DNA of 63,229 bases, the filler included, from Octopus bimaculoides (lineage: Eukaryota): assembly GCF_001194135.2 (NCBI RefSeq). It is 11 parts of 10 records of this genome, joined end to end, with 100 filler letters (N's around TTAATTAATTAA, not from the genome) between each part and the next. Parts side by side here need not be neighbours in the genome. Positions count along the whole stretch, not along the records: positions 60,657 to 63,229 come from NC_068985.1; 10 more parts are not named here. The stretch is one strand, 5' to 3'. Below are positions 60,873 through 63,229 of this stretch, piece by piece. Every line of letters starts with the position of its first letter. Position 1 is the stretch's first letter. The notes beneath the pieces were generated by a model. It saw nothing but the letters and a program-made list of their open reading frames with translations, ran no database searches and was not told where the DNA came from. The position numbers were made by a program, and so were the translations under genes.

Positions 60873-62638
60873 ATTTTATGACACAATACAAAAAAAAAAA
60901 CACAGAAGTGATGCACTTTTTAAGAATGTGAACTTGGATAACAATTTACCTTGTTTGCTCTAAGTTTGCAGTCGGTCTGTTGCAGTTTCTGTTGCAGTTG
61001 TTGTCACTCAAGTTTGAGGTGGTTGACGAACAAACAAAGAAGTAGCCAATCAAATACTTAATTACTCAAGTCGCAACTTTGCAGTATAGAACAGAGGCAG
61101 TACTCTACTCTTACTATTGGTAATCGAGTTGCATTTGAGGCATTTTCATCACAAAGTTTGTCAACAAAGAAGAACTTATCACTGAAGATGCAGAACATTT
61201 GGTTTTAACCAAGAGATATTTTGGATTACAGCTTTTATCACTCAAGATGTGGAGTCTGTGAAGTCTGGGTACATCTACATCTCTTGGTGTTGCTGTTTTT
61301 GTTGATGATATTGAGACAATGCAACGATTTGTTGTATTTTTGCCATCTGAAACGCAGTTTTGCAGGATTTTGTTTTATAAGAAATATTGTTACTCAGATT
61401 CTAATAAAACTCATTTAAACTGGTGAGATTTATGTTGTTGTTGTCGTTGTTGTTGTCGCTGTTTCTGCTGCTGCTGCTGCTAAAATTATTACAATACAAT
61501 AATTTGCTGTTTTTACCACCCAATATGCAGTTTTGCAAGATTTTTTTTTAAGAATTGTTTTTACTGAAATTGTGATTAAACAGGTAAGGTTTTAATTATT
61601 GTGGTTGTTGTTGTAGATCTGTTTGTAGTTGCTGGTGTTGTCGTCATCACTGAAAATGTTCTGTTGCTGTGCTCACCGAAGGAACTCACATAAATCAATG
61701 TGCCAGAAATTTACCATAATTCTTCAGACAGTTTTGATGCAAGAATCACAGAAGTCTTCCCATTGTTGCCATTATTCCAAGGTGCAGCTGTCCAATTTTA
61801 GTTGTCAAAGTGCAGATGTACACATTTTAAGCAGGAAATATCAGCAACAATGTTGCATTTGTGCAGGCATTTCCGCCAGTTATTTTTGTTGTTGTTGTTG
61901 TTGTTGTTGTTGTCGCTCTTGGCTATTTGAAGTGCAGTAATATAATGCAGGTTTAAGATGCTGCAGTGCATTTGCCAAGTTCTTCAGTTGGTGTCAGCAG
62001 TAAAGATGTGTAATGACATAGTGTGAAATGCTTTACTTCCTAATTGGTGTTAATTGAACAATAAATGAACTAATTGTCACCTATCTCATATACTTCACTA
62101 CCTCAACACAGATTATTCCCTGACTATAACGTCACCACTACCACTTCCACCACCACTACCACTACCACCACCACTGTCACCACTGCTGCTGCTGCTGCTG
62201 CGAGTGCCACCATCATCACCATCACACCCAACACCAATATCCTCATCACCGCCACCAGCACCAACATCCATACCACCACCACGACCATCACCACAAGCAC
62301 CGCCATCCTTGTCACCACCACCGCCACCACCACCACCATCGCTACTATCATTATTCAGTTTTCTAGCCTCTGTGTCACACTTCTGTAATCCCACAAACAA
62401 TAAGTAGAGGGAACAGGGCAAAGAAGGAAGCTGATAATGTTGACAATGATGGTGAAGAAGTTGGTGGGGGATATTGAAAGTGGTGGAGAGGGGTGGAGTA
62501 GTCCTGGAGTTCATGATAACAATAATCAGGGTGACAGTGATCTTGGTGGATTAAGTTTTTGAGTAGATAGTGGGCGGGGGCAAATTGAAAAGGAACAACT
62601 GCTTAATTTAAGAAGATTTTAAATTTCAATGAATGTGT

Positions 62639-62679
<41 letters not shown>

Positions 62680-62880
62680 TGCATGTGTTTGTATGTGCAT
62701 GCATGTGATTGTGCGTATATGCATGTGATTTGTGCAAAAGGGTTTAGTAGCATAAATTAATAAATTTATGTAAATGTATGTTTATATATTCAATACAAAA
62801 AGACATACCTACATTTAAATATACATATATAAGTATTCCTATACATGTCTATGTGTGTGTGTGTGTATGTATATATATAC

Positions 62881-63229
62881 AAAATTAGACCGGCTTGGAG
62901 GAGAAGGGTGTGGAAGCTTAAAGACCCTGCAAATGGACAGAGACTTAGAGACAAGTTACTTGAAGCATTTGACGAAATAGAAGGGGATATAGCATCATAC
63001 AACGTGGAAGACAATTGGAGATTTCTGCGGGACAACCTGTTGAAAGCCACTGACCAGATCTGTGGCTGGTGTAAGGTCCCCTCTCGACCCACAGTAACGT
63101 GGTGGTGGAACAAGGAGGTAGACAGGGCTATTAGACAAAAGAAACAGGCTTGGAAGGACTGGAAGAACGGTGGTAGCAGGGAATTGTACCAATGTGCCAG
63201 AAGGGAGGCTAGGCGACAAGTTTATTTAG
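62881..63229 (+). mobile_element. 5'-truncated RTE LINE with an open frame running out of the window
   Basis: Stop-free RRVWKLKDPANGQRLRDKLLEAF...WRFLRDNLLKATDQICGW...TWWWNKEVDRAIRQKKQAWKDWK...ARREARRQVYL (linker between APE and RT). Confidence 0.85.

Overview
This is repeat-dense, AT-rich eukaryotic DNA from a fragmented scaffold. The SINE families, the very dense di- and tri-nucleotide microsatellites and the repeat types fit a cephalopod (Octopus-like) genome; this is inference, not a database result. No host protein-coding gene, rRNA, true tRNA gene or CRISPR array can be supported. Most long ORFs in the track are microsatellite or N-gap read-throughs. The window is a layered transposon graveyard: (i) about seven decayed R4/Dong-like non-LTR elements with a restriction-like endonuclease, often next to trinucleotide microsatellites; (ii) RTE and CR1/L2-group LINE remnants; (iii) three recurrent tRNA-headed SINE families, labelled A, B and C here; (iv) Tc1/mariner elements (two DD37D maT-type deletion derivatives, mariners, a pogo/Tigger fragment), MITEs and a rearranged Helitron; (v) Penelope-like remnants. 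The most notable signals are type I hammerhead ribozyme motifs on the minus strand (52821-52880, well formed; 8375-8416, partly degraded), each associated with an inverted-repeat structure, and a cluster of phase-compatible candidate minus-strand small exons at 47.2-49.1 kb. No clearly new biological system can be demonstrated from the sequence alone. Element boundaries were read by eye and are approximate unless termini are quoted.
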